Shown: positions 1 through 7,407 of the stretch, in pieces
Position numbering within the stretch: the stretch's first letter is position 1
How the letters are laid out: the number at the start of each line of letters is the position of its first letter
IMG/VR virus record: IMGVR_UViG_3300048599_000204
DNA: 34,507 nt
Source of the DNA: a virus
Direction: 5' to 3' (one strand)
Position numbers and translations under genes: made by a program
The notes under the pieces: model-generated
Database searches by the model: none
What the model was told of the DNA's origin: nothing
What the model saw: only the letters and a program-made list of their open reading frames with translations

Positions 1-127
1 AAAAAGCGACCCTAGACGAACTAGCGGCCCTGATGCGTGCGGCGGGTCAAACCAGGAACCAGGTTCGCAACGAAGCGCTGCTGGCCATCTACATTGGCAC
101 CGGTGTGCGCCGTGCTGAAGCGGTTGG
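1..127. repeat. Terminal overlap copy 1, identical to 34381..34507
   Basis: Direct reading: both ends read aaaaagcgaccctagacgaactagcggccctgatgcgtgcggcgggtcaaaccagg...cgtgctgaagcggttgg. Confidence 0.97.
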
Positions 128-584
128 CTTGGATGTCCCAGATATTCACATGGATGCAGATCTCTCGGGCACTGCCAGGGTTCGCAAGGCCAAGCGAGTT
201 AAGGGACGTGAAGTGCGAGGTCGGGTAATTGCGTTTGATCGTTGGACTGGTTCGTACCTGGCTGCGCTGCTTAACACCTACCCAGACCAGTCCGGACCGT
301 TATTCCGGTCCCGGCAGGGAGGGCAGCGGCTGGGCGACGCAGCGGCCTACCAGGTGGTCAAGGATGCCATCATGCGGGCTGGCCTTTCTGATCGCATCCA
401 GGGCCCTCACGATTTGCGGCGAAACTTCGCCACTTGGTTTAGTAAACAGCATCGCGGAGAGCTGTACGGGCGCCTGCTCTCCCGTCAATTAGGGCACAGC
501 GGCTTCGTGATGACCGACCACTATATCCTCCATGACCCCGGGGACCTGCAGGAGGTGATTCGCTCGCCTCTTGCGGACTACTGA
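1..584 (+). CDS. int: Tyrosine recombinase / integrase, 3' catalytic part
   Basis: Catalytic-domain hallmarks: GTGVRRAEAVGL (Arg), HDLRRNFATW (H-x-x-R) and GHSGFVMTDHY (His...Tyr nucleophile). Stop at 582-584. Confidence 0.92.
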   Translation, partial: KATLDELAALMRAAGQTRNQVRNEALLAIYIGTGVRRAEAVGLDVPDIHMDADLSGTARVRKAKRVKGREVRGRVIAFDRWTGSYLAALLNTYPDQSGPLFRSRQGGQRLGDAAAYQVVKDAIMRAGLSDRIQGPHDLRRNFATWFSKQHRGELYGRLLSRQLGHSGFVMTDHYILHDPGDLQEVIRSPLADY

Positions 585-628
585 AACGAGTTCACGAGTC
601 CTCTCGGGGATGCTAACATATTTATGAC

Positions 629-637
629 TGCTATACA
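629..637 (+). promoter_or_regulatory. Extended -10-like element TGcTATACA
   Basis: Intergenic after int. It matches the TGnTAnnnT pattern seen at other intergenic sites, has no good -35, and would read antisense to the xis-like gene. Confidence 0.25.
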
Positions 638-704
638 GTTGTAAATGTGCGATTGGGAAGGCCGCTCCGTCAAGATTCGCGTCGGGGCGGGGCGGTCTTC
701 TAGG

Positions 705-911
705 TCACTTCGTAAGACTTTCAGCTACATCTTCGTCAAAGGCGTAGTTGTACTCTTTTGCAAACTTCCTCAGATCATCCAACTCGATTTTGATGATCCG
801 CGCCAACCCCTCGCGGCGGGCCGGGAGTAGGCCGTCGTCTACGCGGCGGTGAATCGTCATATGCGAGGTGGATAGGATCTCGGCAGCTTGCGGCGCTGTG
901 ACCGTTGCCAT
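705..911 (-). CDS. Excisionase-like / MerR-type helix-turn-helix DNA-binding protein (68 aa)
   Basis: MATVTAPQAAEILSTSHMTIHRRVDDGLLPARREG is a typical HTH_17/Xis-like motif. The ATG at 911 is preceded by AAGGGGA. The gene lies adjacent to int. Confidence 0.75.
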   Translation of the reverse strand: MATVTAPQAAEILSTSHMTIHRRVDDGLLPARREGLARIIKIELDDLRKFAKEYNYAFDEDVAESLTK

Positions 912-926
912 GTCTATCCCCTTGGC

Positions 927-950
927 GTTAAGAGTGTTAAGCATGTTAGA
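927..950. repeat. Three direct hexamers phased 9 bp apart (GTTAAG, GTTAAG, GTTAGA) just upstream of the xis-like start
   Basis: Read directly: gcGTTAAGagtGTTAAGcatGTTAGAac, in the divergent region between 911 (-) and 1021 (+). Confidence 0.5.
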
Positions 951-1020
951 ACAATACACCCGTTTGCCTTACGCCGTCAAGCCCCAATTTCATACGATTC
1001 GCTGACAAAGGAATCCCCCG

Positions 1021-1563
1021 ATGAAAGCTGCCGCCGTAGCACTCCTGCTCACCTTCGTCTTCTTTGGCGTTCTATCGACTGCAGACGCGGGCGGCGACAT
1101 CACGCCGCCTGTCCTGGTGGCGGCCGCAGCCGATCGTTACCAGATTGACACGTCGAACGGGGCGCAGACAGTTACCCTGACTTTGCATATAACAGATGAT
1201 CTCTCAGGGCTTAACTATGTGCAGATCAGTTACGTTCAGCATGACGGCTACAATGCCAACCGCAACTGCGACACTTGGATCCACTCTGACCAGGCCACAG
1301 ACTTGACCGTGCCTTGCTCGGTTACATTTCCGCGCTTTTCAGCTGAAGGCAAATGGCAAGTGTTTGGGGTTTATATAGTAGACCAGGTAGGCAACGATGC
1401 TGAGTATCGCTATTCAGAGTGTACCGCCTTGAGCAATGGCCAGTGTTCAGGCTACGAATACACCAGTGAAGCAACAGACATGATCCGTTCCATGGTGATC
1501 ACGATAGGTACGGCTGATCCTGGAGTCGATCCCTCGCTCTATCTACCGCTTATGGCCCACTGA
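1021..1563 (+). CDS. Secreted protein of unknown function (signal peptide plus beta-sandwich / Ig-like guess); moron candidate
   Basis: N-terminus MKAAAVALLLTFVFFGVLSTADA looks like a signal peptide. AAGGAA RBS. The ITDDLSGLNYV motif resembles bacterial Ig-like modules. GC is visibly lower than in the structural genes. Confidence 0.7.
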   Translation: MKAAAVALLLTFVFFGVLSTADAGGDITPPVLVAAAADRYQIDTSNGAQTVTLTLHITDDLSGLNYVQISYVQHDGYNANRNCDTWIHSDQATDLTVPCSVTFPRFSAEGKWQVFGVYIVDQVGNDAEYRYSECTALSNGQCSGYEYTSEATDMIRSMVITIGTADPGVDPSLYLPLMAH

Positions 1564-1603
1564 CCTGACAAATCGTCGTAGGGTTGATGTATTTTCAGCA
1601 CAC

Positions 1604-1813
1604 TTGTGCTACACTAGTAAACTAGTGACCGCAACAATTCAGCCCCTGATCGATAAGCTGGCACGTGAGCTGGAGCCGCTCCTCGAGAGTGGAACCAACT
1701 GGCAACTGACGTTGCATGGTGGTCGCAACGGGCACGTTATTATCGAGATATTGCGTAAGGACGAGGTGATGCTGCTGGCTGATCACCGTCCACCAAGGCA
1801 GCCACCTCGTTAG
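1604..1813 (+). CDS. Small hypothetical protein (start uncertain: TTG 1604 or GTG 1625)
   Basis: Open frame of 62-69 codons downstream of the promoter-like box. There is no convincing RBS, so the transcript may be nearly leaderless. Confidence 0.35.
   Translation: MCYTSKLVTATIQPLIDKLARELEPLLESGTNWQLTLHGGRNGHVIIEILRKDEVMLLADHRPPRQPPR
1607..1615 (+). promoter_or_regulatory. Extended -10 promoter element TGcTACACT within the conserved ACACTTGTGCTAC box
   Basis: Intergenic. Shares ACAC(C/T)TGTGCTA with the boxes at 9626-9637 and 9781-9792. Confidence 0.45.
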
Positions 1814-1903
1814 ACACAACCTTATATCTGCGGTTGGCTCGTGATAGGGCGCCGCTCGGAGACACTCCGGGCGGCGCTTTTTGTTTATCTGGGAGGGAAG
1901 GAT

Positions 1904-3064
1904 ATGACTCAACAGGTTTTAGTAACCACCGACGCCGACGGCAGACTCATCATCACGCCCGTTGGCAACACGTTCGAGATCGTTTCGGAAACTCCGCCAC
2001 CTCCTCCGCCACCACCTCCACCTCCTCCGCCACCGCCTCCACCCGATCCCGATCCAGTGCCGACTGGCAACTACATCTGGGCCGACGTTAGCACCTTCCC
2101 CAGCAAGCCGCGCACCGGCCGTGGCTGGACCGAGATGTACAACTTCGCCAAGGGTGACGCGCCCGGCCCGGTCACTGTCAAGGACCAGAAGTCGAACAAC
2201 AGCGCCTGGGCGCACGCCTGCAGCTACGTCTATGCCGCTACCGGCGATATGGTTTTCTACAACAAGGCGTTGGGCGCGCTCAAAGCCTTGGCCTCCCCTT
2301 CCCTGCCCATCGACCGGGCGCTGGGCCTGGCCCGTGAGATCCAAGGCTACGTTGCCGCCGCCGAGGGCTTGCAGCTGGCCAAGAACGACCCCGACTTCGA
2401 CGCCGTGCTGCAGAAGAAATTCCGCTACTTCTTGACCTGCCCCACTTCAGGCGGCCCTGCCAGACTTACCAAGTCGATGGAGGAGCGTGCGAACAACTGG
2501 GAAACGCACGCCACCGCTGCCATCCTGCTGCTGGCGCGCTATCTCAAGGATGATGCCCTCTTCAACTACGCCATCAAGATATTCAAGGGCTACCTGGGCG
2601 ACCGCAGTTCTTATGCCGGGTTCAAGTACGACCAGCCCGGTTGGCAGGAATGGCAGTCGAACCCGAAGGAACCGGTCGGCATCAACCCAAAGGGTGCTAC
2701 GCTGATGATTGACGGCGAGCTGCGCAACGTCGACGGCGTCCTGCCCGAGGAAGCACGCCGCGGCGGCTCACCTTCCTGGCCACTGCCGAAAACCTGCCCA
2801 ACGACCTATCCTTGGGAAGCCAACCAGGGTTTGGGCGTCTCGATGCTGACGGCGCTCAATGCCGGCGTCGACCTGCGGCCCGCCTCCAACTGGGCGCACA
2901 AGCGCAATATCGTGTGGCTCTACGACGAGGCCCACTGGACCATCCAAGGTGACGACGCCTTCCTGGTCCCCATCTTGAACCTGCTCTATCCGGATCTCAA
3001 GCTCGCACCTGTCAGCGGCGGTCCCGGCAAGGGCATGGCCTGGACGGAGTTCTCGCACATCTAG
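1904..3064 (+). CDS. Polysaccharide-lyase-like protein (alginate-lyase-type alpha/alpha fold guess) with a short N-terminal module and a poly-proline linker
   Basis: ATG 1904 follows GGGAGGGAAGG. There are 17 consecutive Pro codons at 1994-2044, then DPDPVP. ANNWETHATAAILLLARYL resembles the NNHxxW region of alginate lyase family proteins. No signal peptide. Confidence 0.5.
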   Translation: MTQQVLVTTDADGRLIITPVGNTFEIVSETPPPPPPPPPPPPPPPPPDPDPVPTGNYIWADVSTFPSKPRTGRGWTEMYNFAKGDAPGPVTVKDQKSNNSAWAHACSYVYAATGDMVFYNKALGALKALASPSLPIDRALGLAREIQGYVAAAEGLQLAKNDPDFDAVLQKKFRYFLTCPTSGGPARLTKSMEERANNWETHATAAILLLARYLKDDALFNYAIKIFKGYLGDRSSYAGFKYDQPGWQEWQSNPKEPVGINPKGATLMIDGELRNVDGVLPEEARRGGSPSWPLPKTCPTTYPWEANQGLGVSMLTALNAGVDLRPASNWAHKRNIVWLYDEAHWTIQGDDAFLVPILNLLYPDLKLAPVSGGPGKGMAWTEFSHI

Positions 3065-3073
3065 GAAACCTTT

Positions 3074-3346
3074 ATGGAAGACGTAACAAACGCAGTCAGC
3101 GAGCCGGCGCAGGCGCCGCTGCCGGACCAAGTGCTAAAAGGTAAGCGGGCGTGGTGGCTGTACTTAATCCCGATTATTGCGATCGCGGCGCTGCCGCTCG
3201 TCGTCGTGATCGGGCTGTTCGGCCTCTCGCTGGCGCGCGTCGAGCTGTCTGAGTCACTCGTGACGGCCGTGGTGTCACTGGCCTCTGTGGCGCTGGGTGG
3301 CATCGTCAACCAGCTGCTGGGGAGTGGCGCCACCAATGGCCAGTGA
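3074..3346 (+). CDS. Holin-like membrane protein (two predicted TM helices)
   Basis: WWLYLIPIIAIAALPLVVVIGLFGL and LVTAVVSLASVALGGIV are hydrophobic spans. The gene starts 10 nt after the lyase-like gene. Confidence 0.6.
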   Translation: MEDVTNAVSEPAQAPLPDQVLKGKRAWWLYLIPIIAIAALPLVVVIGLFGLSLARVELSESLVTAVVSLASVALGGIVNQLLGSGATNGQ

Positions 3347-3719
3347 CAACCTATTTGACGTCGTGGAAGAACTGAAGCAAATCACGGCCGATTTGCGGCG
3401 CACTGTCTATGGTGACCCAGCCACTCGCAGCCGGGGCTTAATGAGCGAGTTTGACGCCATGCGCCAGGAGGTCAGCCGCATTGACGGCGAGCTGCAGAAG
3501 GTTAAGAGCCGTCGACCCAATCCCTGGAGCTGGACCGTCGGCTATCTGGCGTTTCTTGCCTCCGGCGCGTTCGCGATAGTTGCTTTTTACTCCTTTCCGG
3601 GTGTACAGGCCGCGCTGGATCTGCCGGGTCCGGTGGCCATGGTGCTGGCGGTAATTTTCGCGGTGGCGGCGCTCGTGTTGTTCGTTGCTGGGTTTGGGTG
3701 GTTTGAGCGACAAAGCTAA
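3336..3719 (+). CDS. Membrane protein: N-terminal coiled-coil-like segment plus two C-terminal TM helices
   Basis: ATG 3336 overlaps the upstream stop (ATGGCCAGTGA). WTVGYLAFLASGAFAIVAFYSF and VAMVLAVIFAVAALVLFVAGFGW are TM-like. Confidence 0.65.
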   Translation: MASDNLFDVVEELKQITADLRRTVYGDPATRSRGLMSEFDAMRQEVSRIDGELQKVKSRRPNPWSWTVGYLAFLASGAFAIVAFYSFPGVQAALDLPGPVAMVLAVIFAVAALVLFVAGFGWFERQS

Positions 3720-3957
3720 GGGGAGCCGCGGCAGTTGGACTCGAGCCCACGAGATCGAGCGACTGACGCAGCTGCGGGCGGATGTGGATAGCTCATTAGA
3801 GCGATTGTGGACGGTGTTTCTCTACAAGTCGACGCAAGTGCCCCTTGCGGATCAGGGCGAGTGGTTGCGGCGCGTCGAGCAGGTCGAAGAGCTGCGCAGC
3901 TGGGCACACAAGGACCTGGAACGCATCATAGGAGAATGCTGTGGAGATCGATCCTGA
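3685..3957 (+). CDS. Hypothetical protein (start uncertain)
   Basis: Open frame with protein-like composition (EIERLTQLRADVDSSLERLW...). Only TTG/GTG starts are available. Confidence 0.45.
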   Translation: MLGLGGLSDKAKGSRGSWTRAHEIERLTQLRADVDSSLERLWTVFLYKSTQVPLADQGEWLRRVEQVEELRSWAHKDLERIIGECCGDRS

Positions 3958-3991
3958 GAATGACCCCAACCAACCTACCGGAGCCGCAATA

Positions 3992-4075
3992 GTGTACCTG
4001 ATCATTGCGGCGGTCATTGTGGCGGCAGTGATAGCGGGAGTGCTGATAGGCAAATCACGGCTGTTTTGGTTCTAA
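3992..4075 (+). CDS. Possible 27-aa single-pass membrane peptide
   Basis: The GTG follows GGAG. Translation is VYLIIAAVIVAAVIAGVLIGKSRLFWF. It fills the gap before 4079 and is below the ORF-track size cutoff. Confidence 0.35.
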   Translation: MYLIIAAVIVAAVIAGVLIGKSRLFWF

Positions 4076-4078
4076 GGT

Positions 4079-5629
4079 ATGACTGCACCAACGATCGGCG
4101 CCTATACAACTGCACAGCGCACGACCAACGGCACGACGCTGGCCATCAGCGTGCCGACCTTCAGCGCGGGTGACACGCTGTACGTTGCCTATGCCGACGA
4201 TGGCGACGCGGGCACGCCCAGCATCGACGGTACGGGCTGGACTACCGTTGTCGACAATTACACCATCCCAGCTAGTGGTGTGGCGGACAGCGGCTCATTT
4301 TCCCTGTGGAAAAAAGCCGCTTCCGGCACAAGCTATACCGTGACCAATACGGTCAGCGAGCGATCGGTGATCGTGGCGTTTATCGTGCAGAACGATGGCG
4401 GGTTGAATGTAGCGGCCGTGAGTGCTAACGGCTCGACCAGCTCGCCGGCGGTGGGCGATTTGACTACATCGGTGGCGGACTGCCTGCGCATCAGCATCGT
4501 TGCGGACAGTGCAGATCGGACGCCCATTGGCACTTTTGGCGGGCATACAGTGTTGGTGACGCACGCAGCGTCTTCAGCAGGCACCATCAGCGTGCAATCC
4601 AAGGCGCTAGCCAGCAGCGGCACGGATACGGGCGTCTCGACGACGCAGGCCTCGACCTACTGGACTACGCACACATTTGCCATTGCGCCTACTGCCAGCG
4701 GCGTGACGGTCACGCCGGCGGCCGCCAGTGCGGCTGGGACTGCGATCGCTCCGACAGTCGTGCGCGGCGCTGTCACTGTGGCGCCTGCAGCCGCTATAGC
4801 AGCCGGCAGCGCAATTGCACCGACAGTCGTGCGCGGCGCAGTCACGGTGGCGCCTGCAGCCGCTACAGCGGCAAGTAGTGCTATTGCCCCCACAGTCATC
4901 CGTGGCGCTGTCACGATTGCGCCTAGTGCGGCGATTGCGGCGAGCAGCGCCGTTGCGCCGACGGTGATTCTTGGCGCCTTCACGATCACGCCGGCGGCGG
5001 CGATCGCTGCGAGCAGTGCCATTGCCCCCACAGTCATACGCGGCGCCGTCACAGTGACACCTGCAGCTGCAGCTGCGACGGCGAGCGCAGTCGCACCGAC
5101 AGTGGTTTTGGGAGCAGTCACCATCACGCCGGCGGCCGCCATCGCGGCGAGTAGCGCGATTGCGCCGACGGTCAACTTAGGCGGCGCGGGCGGCCTTACT
5201 GTTACTCCGCCAGCGGCCATCGCTGCCGGCAGCGCCATTGCCCCCAGCGTCGTGCTAGGAGCAGTGGTCGGCATGCCTGCGCCTGCGATTGCTGCGGCCA
5301 GTGCGGTGGCTCCTACTGTCGTGCTGGGAGCAGTGATGATTGTGCCGGCGCCTGCTGTAGCGGTGGCCGATGCTGTTGCGCCAGGCGTGTTGTTGGGGCC
5401 GGTCACTGTCGTGCCGCTGCCGGCCGTTGCTGCCGGGACGGCTGTGGCGCCGACGGTGCTGATCACTGCGTTGGTGGCTGTAGTCACGCTGCACGCCAGG
5501 CGTGACCTGGTGCTGCATGTCGCTACTGACCTGGTGCTGCATGCTGGGCGTGACCTGGTGCTCAATGCAGAGAGAGATCTAAGTCTAACGGCTATTCGAG
5601 TACTAAAATTGACCTTCAGGAGGGATTGA
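4079..5629 (+). CDS. Large tandem-repeat protein: about 205-aa N-terminal beta-rich domain, 11 x 23-aa Ala/Pro/Thr/Val repeats, 5 x 8-aa C-terminal repeats
   Basis: Repeat consensus GAVTV(A/T)PAAAIAA(S/G)SAIAPTV(V/I)(R/L), followed by (H/N)AxRDLVL units. An AGGAGGG RBS for the next gene lies at its 3' end. Confidence 0.8.
   Translation: MTAPTIGAYTTAQRTTNGTTLAISVPTFSAGDTLYVAYADDGDAGTPSIDGTGWTTVVDNYTIPASGVADSGSFSLWKKAASGTSYTVTNTVSERSVIVAFIVQNDGGLNVAAVSANGSTSSPAVGDLTTSVADCLRISIVADSADRTPIGTFGGHTVLVTHAASSAGTISVQSKALASSGTDTGVSTTQASTYWTTHTFAIAPTASGVTVTPAAASAAGTAIAPTVVRGAVTVAPAAAIAAGSAIAPTVVRGAVTVAPAAATAASSAIAPTVIRGAVTIAPSAAIAASSAVAPTVILGAFTITPAAAIAASSAIAPTVIRGAVTVTPAAAAATASAVAPTVVLGAVTITPAAAIAASSAIAPTVNLGGAGGLTVTPPAAIAAGSAIAPSVVLGAVVGMPAPAIAAASAVAPTVVLGAVMIVPAPAVAVADAVAPGVLLGPVTVVPLPAVAAGTAVAPTVLITALVAVVTLHARRDLVLHVATDLVLHAGRDLVLNAERDLSLTAIRVLKLTFRRD
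4700..5464 (+). repeat. Eleven imperfect 69-bp (66-69 bp) tandem repeats, in frame
   Basis: Units start at 4700, 4766, 4835, 4904, 4973, 5042, 5111, (12-bp insert) 5192, 5258, 5327 and 5396. They have diverged at the DNA level. Confidence 0.9.
5492..5611 (+). repeat. Five 24-bp tandem repeats, progressively degenerate
   Basis: cacgccaggcgtgacctggtgctg / catgtcgctactgacctggtgctg / catgctgggcgtgacctggtgctc / aatgcagagagagatctaagtcta / acggctattcgagtactaaaattg. Confidence 0.85.
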
Positions 5630-5630
5630 G

Positions 5631-6086
5631 ATGGCATCGGGATGGACTAACAAGGGCAAGGGGCTGGTGCTTGCGCATTGCTTTCGCGGTGTGGCGCTGC
5701 CCACCAACTGGTACGTGGCGATCGTCACCAATGCGGTGGTGCCTACGGCAGACACCAACACACTGAGTGAACTGACGCAGATCGCCAACGGCAACGGCTA
5801 CACGACCAACGGTGTTGCCCTGTCGAAGAACACGACGGATTTTGATGTGTTGACCGAAGACGATACGGGTGACCTGGCCAAGCTGCAGATCAAGGACTTG
5901 GTATGGACGGCCAGCGGCGGGCCGATTCCAGCATCTGGCACGGGTGGATACTACGCCGTGCTGACTGACGACAATGCCACTGCCGGCAGCCGCAACGTCT
6001 ATTACTTCTGGGATCTGAGCGGCCCGGTCTCTGTATCGAGCGGGCAGACGATCGCCCTCCAGGACTGCGAGGTACGCATCACATGA
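5631..6086 (+). CDS. Hypothetical protein (151 aa), coupled to the repeat protein
   Basis: The ATG lies 1 nt after the upstream stop with an AGGAGGG RBS. Composition is protein-like and the family is not recognised. Confidence 0.7.
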   Translation: MASGWTNKGKGLVLAHCFRGVALPTNWYVAIVTNAVVPTADTNTLSELTQIANGNGYTTNGVALSKNTTDFDVLTEDDTGDLAKLQIKDLVWTASGGPIPASGTGGYYAVLTDDNATAGSRNVYYFWDLSGPVSVSSGQTIALQDCEVRIT

Positions 6087-6376
6087 GAGAGGTAATCGAA
6101 GGCCTGCAAACGCAGGGGCCAACCGAGGAGATCTTCTACCGTGTGACCGTCGAGCCTGCGGCCGTGAGCGTGGTCAGCGTGACCGTGATGGATGTGACGA
6201 CAGGGCAGAACGCCACCACTACCGTCATGCCATCCGGTAGTGCCAGCGTCGACAATGGTGCGCTCGTGCTGCCCGCGCTTAAGGCTCTCACGTTGGGGCA
6301 CATGTACGAAGTGGCGCCGCTCTACAGTGATGGGCAGTCCAAAATTCAGCCCATCATCCGGGTGCTGTGCGTATGA
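6083..6376 (+). CDS. Hypothetical protein (97 aa)
   Basis: ATGA start/stop overlap with 5631..6086. Confidence 0.65.
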   Translation: MREVIEGLQTQGPTEEIFYRVTVEPAAVSVVSVTVMDVTTGQNATTTVMPSGSASVDNGALVLPALKALTLGHMYEVAPLYSDGQSKIQPIIRVLCV

Positions 6377-6456
6377 CTTGGTGCTGGCTGCCCATCCTGT
6401 TCGTGGGGCTTTTCTATCTGGCGCTCTTCGTGTGGATGCGCAAGACAGTACCATGA
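6373..6456 (+). CDS. Possible 27-aa membrane peptide
   Basis: ATGA overlap with the upstream stop. Translation is MTWCWLPILFVGLFYLALFVWMRKTVP. Below the ORF-track size cutoff. Confidence 0.4.
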   Translation: MTWCWLPILFVGLFYLALFVWMRKTVP

Positions 6457-6458
6457 TC

Positions 6459-6474
6459 CGTTTCCCGGGAAACG
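6459..6474. promoter_or_regulatory. parS/NBS-like 16-bp palindrome CGTTTCCCGGGAAACG, copy 1
   Basis: Perfect palindrome, 3 nt upstream of the HNH start codon. Confidence 0.6.
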
Positions 6475-6477
6475 CTT

Positions 6478-6825
6478 ATGCCTAGCAAGGCGCCCACCGC
6501 ATGCAAGCGGTCCGGCTGCGCAGGCTTAGTACATGAGGGCGTGTGCTCAGTGTGTGGCCCACTGCGCCAGGCGGCCGCCGGCGAGCATGACCAGCGGCGC
6601 GGCACGGCTGCCCAGCGTGGCTATGGTGGCAGGTGGCAAAGGGTCAGGGCCATGTACCTGCGCAGCCATCCGCTATGTGTTATGTGTGAGCGCGAGGGAC
6701 GCGTAAGTATTGCGACCGATGTCCATCACAAAATACCTAAGCGGCAGGGCGGGCAGGACACAGAGAGCAACTTCGAGGCCCTGTGTCACGAGTGCCATTC
6801 CAAGGTCACAGCCTTGGGGGGGTAG
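6478..6825 (+). CDS. HNH endonuclease (packaging-associated type)
   Basis: RGYGGRWQRVRAMYLRSHPLCVMCEREGR...DVHHKIP...NFEALCHECHSKVT is a classic phage HNH with Cys/His zinc knuckles. It sits directly upstream of terS/terL. Confidence 0.9.
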   Translation: MPSKAPTACKRSGCAGLVHEGVCSVCGPLRQAAAGEHDQRRGTAAQRGYGGRWQRVRAMYLRSHPLCVMCEREGRVSIATDVHHKIPKRQGGQDTESNFEALCHECHSKVTALGG

Positions 6826-6927
6826 GGGTATGCGGATCTTGGGGGCCTCTCGGGCCTAGACCGCCGCCGAAGTCACGCGCGCACGAATGGGGGTTTTGGA
6901 GTGAAAGTGCAGGGGGCAAATTAGTGC

Positions 6928-7407
6928 ATGGGGAGTAGGGGACCACTTCCGAAACGGCGCGCAGCGAGCGCACGCACGGCTGATGGGGTGCGGCTGCGCC
7001 AGCTGCCTGACGAGGCGGATGCCATTTTCAAGCGGCTGGCCAGGGACATCGCAGGCCTCACGCCGGCGGACGTCGCAATCGTCGAGGACACGGCCAGGTG
7101 GACGGCGATCGCCAAGGCTGCCTATGGCCAGTTGCTGGCAGGCGAGCAGGCGCCGACGGCGGAGCAGATGGAAAAGCAAGAGATCGAGATGCGGCTGACC
7201 GTTACGGACACGACGCACGGCAACAAAGAAGAGAGCCGCAAGAATCCGCTGCTGATTGTCCTGCGCACGGCCAGCGAGCAGATCCGCGCCAACGCTCAGC
7301 AGCTCGGGGCCACGCCGCTGGCAAGGGCGCGCATGCCGGAACCGGACCACGAGCAGATGAGCCTGGCTGACATCCTCTTTGCGGATGTGGCGGCGACGAA
7401 TGAATGA
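6928..7407 (+). CDS. terS: Terminase small subunit (P27-family-like)
   Basis: The N-terminus GSRGPLPKRRAASARTADG..LP.EADAIFKRLARDI is typical of P27-type TerS. ATGA overlap with terL. Confidence 0.8.
   Translation: MGSRGPLPKRRAASARTADGVRLRQLPDEADAIFKRLARDIAGLTPADVAIVEDTARWTAIAKAAYGQLLAGEQAPTAEQMEKQEIEMRLTVTDTTHGNKEESRKNPLLIVLRTASEQIRANAQQLGATPLARARMPEPDHEQMSLADILFADVAATNE

Noticed and set aside
645-830. 61-aa + strand ORF downstream of int
   Set aside because: It is antisense to the Xis-like HTH gene, which has a clear motif and RBS. It has no RBS and its composition is not protein-like.
4700-5464. Repeat region as a diversity-generating retroelement target/template pair
   Set aside because: There is no reverse transcriptase gene and no separate template repeat, and the differences between copies are not adenine-specific.
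4657-5637. 326-aa ORF on the minus strand opposite the repeat protein
   Set aside because: It is an Ala/Thr/Gly-rich shadow frame generated by the GC-rich tandem repeats. It has no RBS and it breaks the tightly coupled + strand operon.
6464-6469. The CCCGGG core of the palindromes read as SmaI/XmaI-type restriction or methylation targets
   Set aside because: A 6-bp restriction site would not explain perfect conservation of five further bases on each side in all five copies. A protein-binding palindrome fits better.
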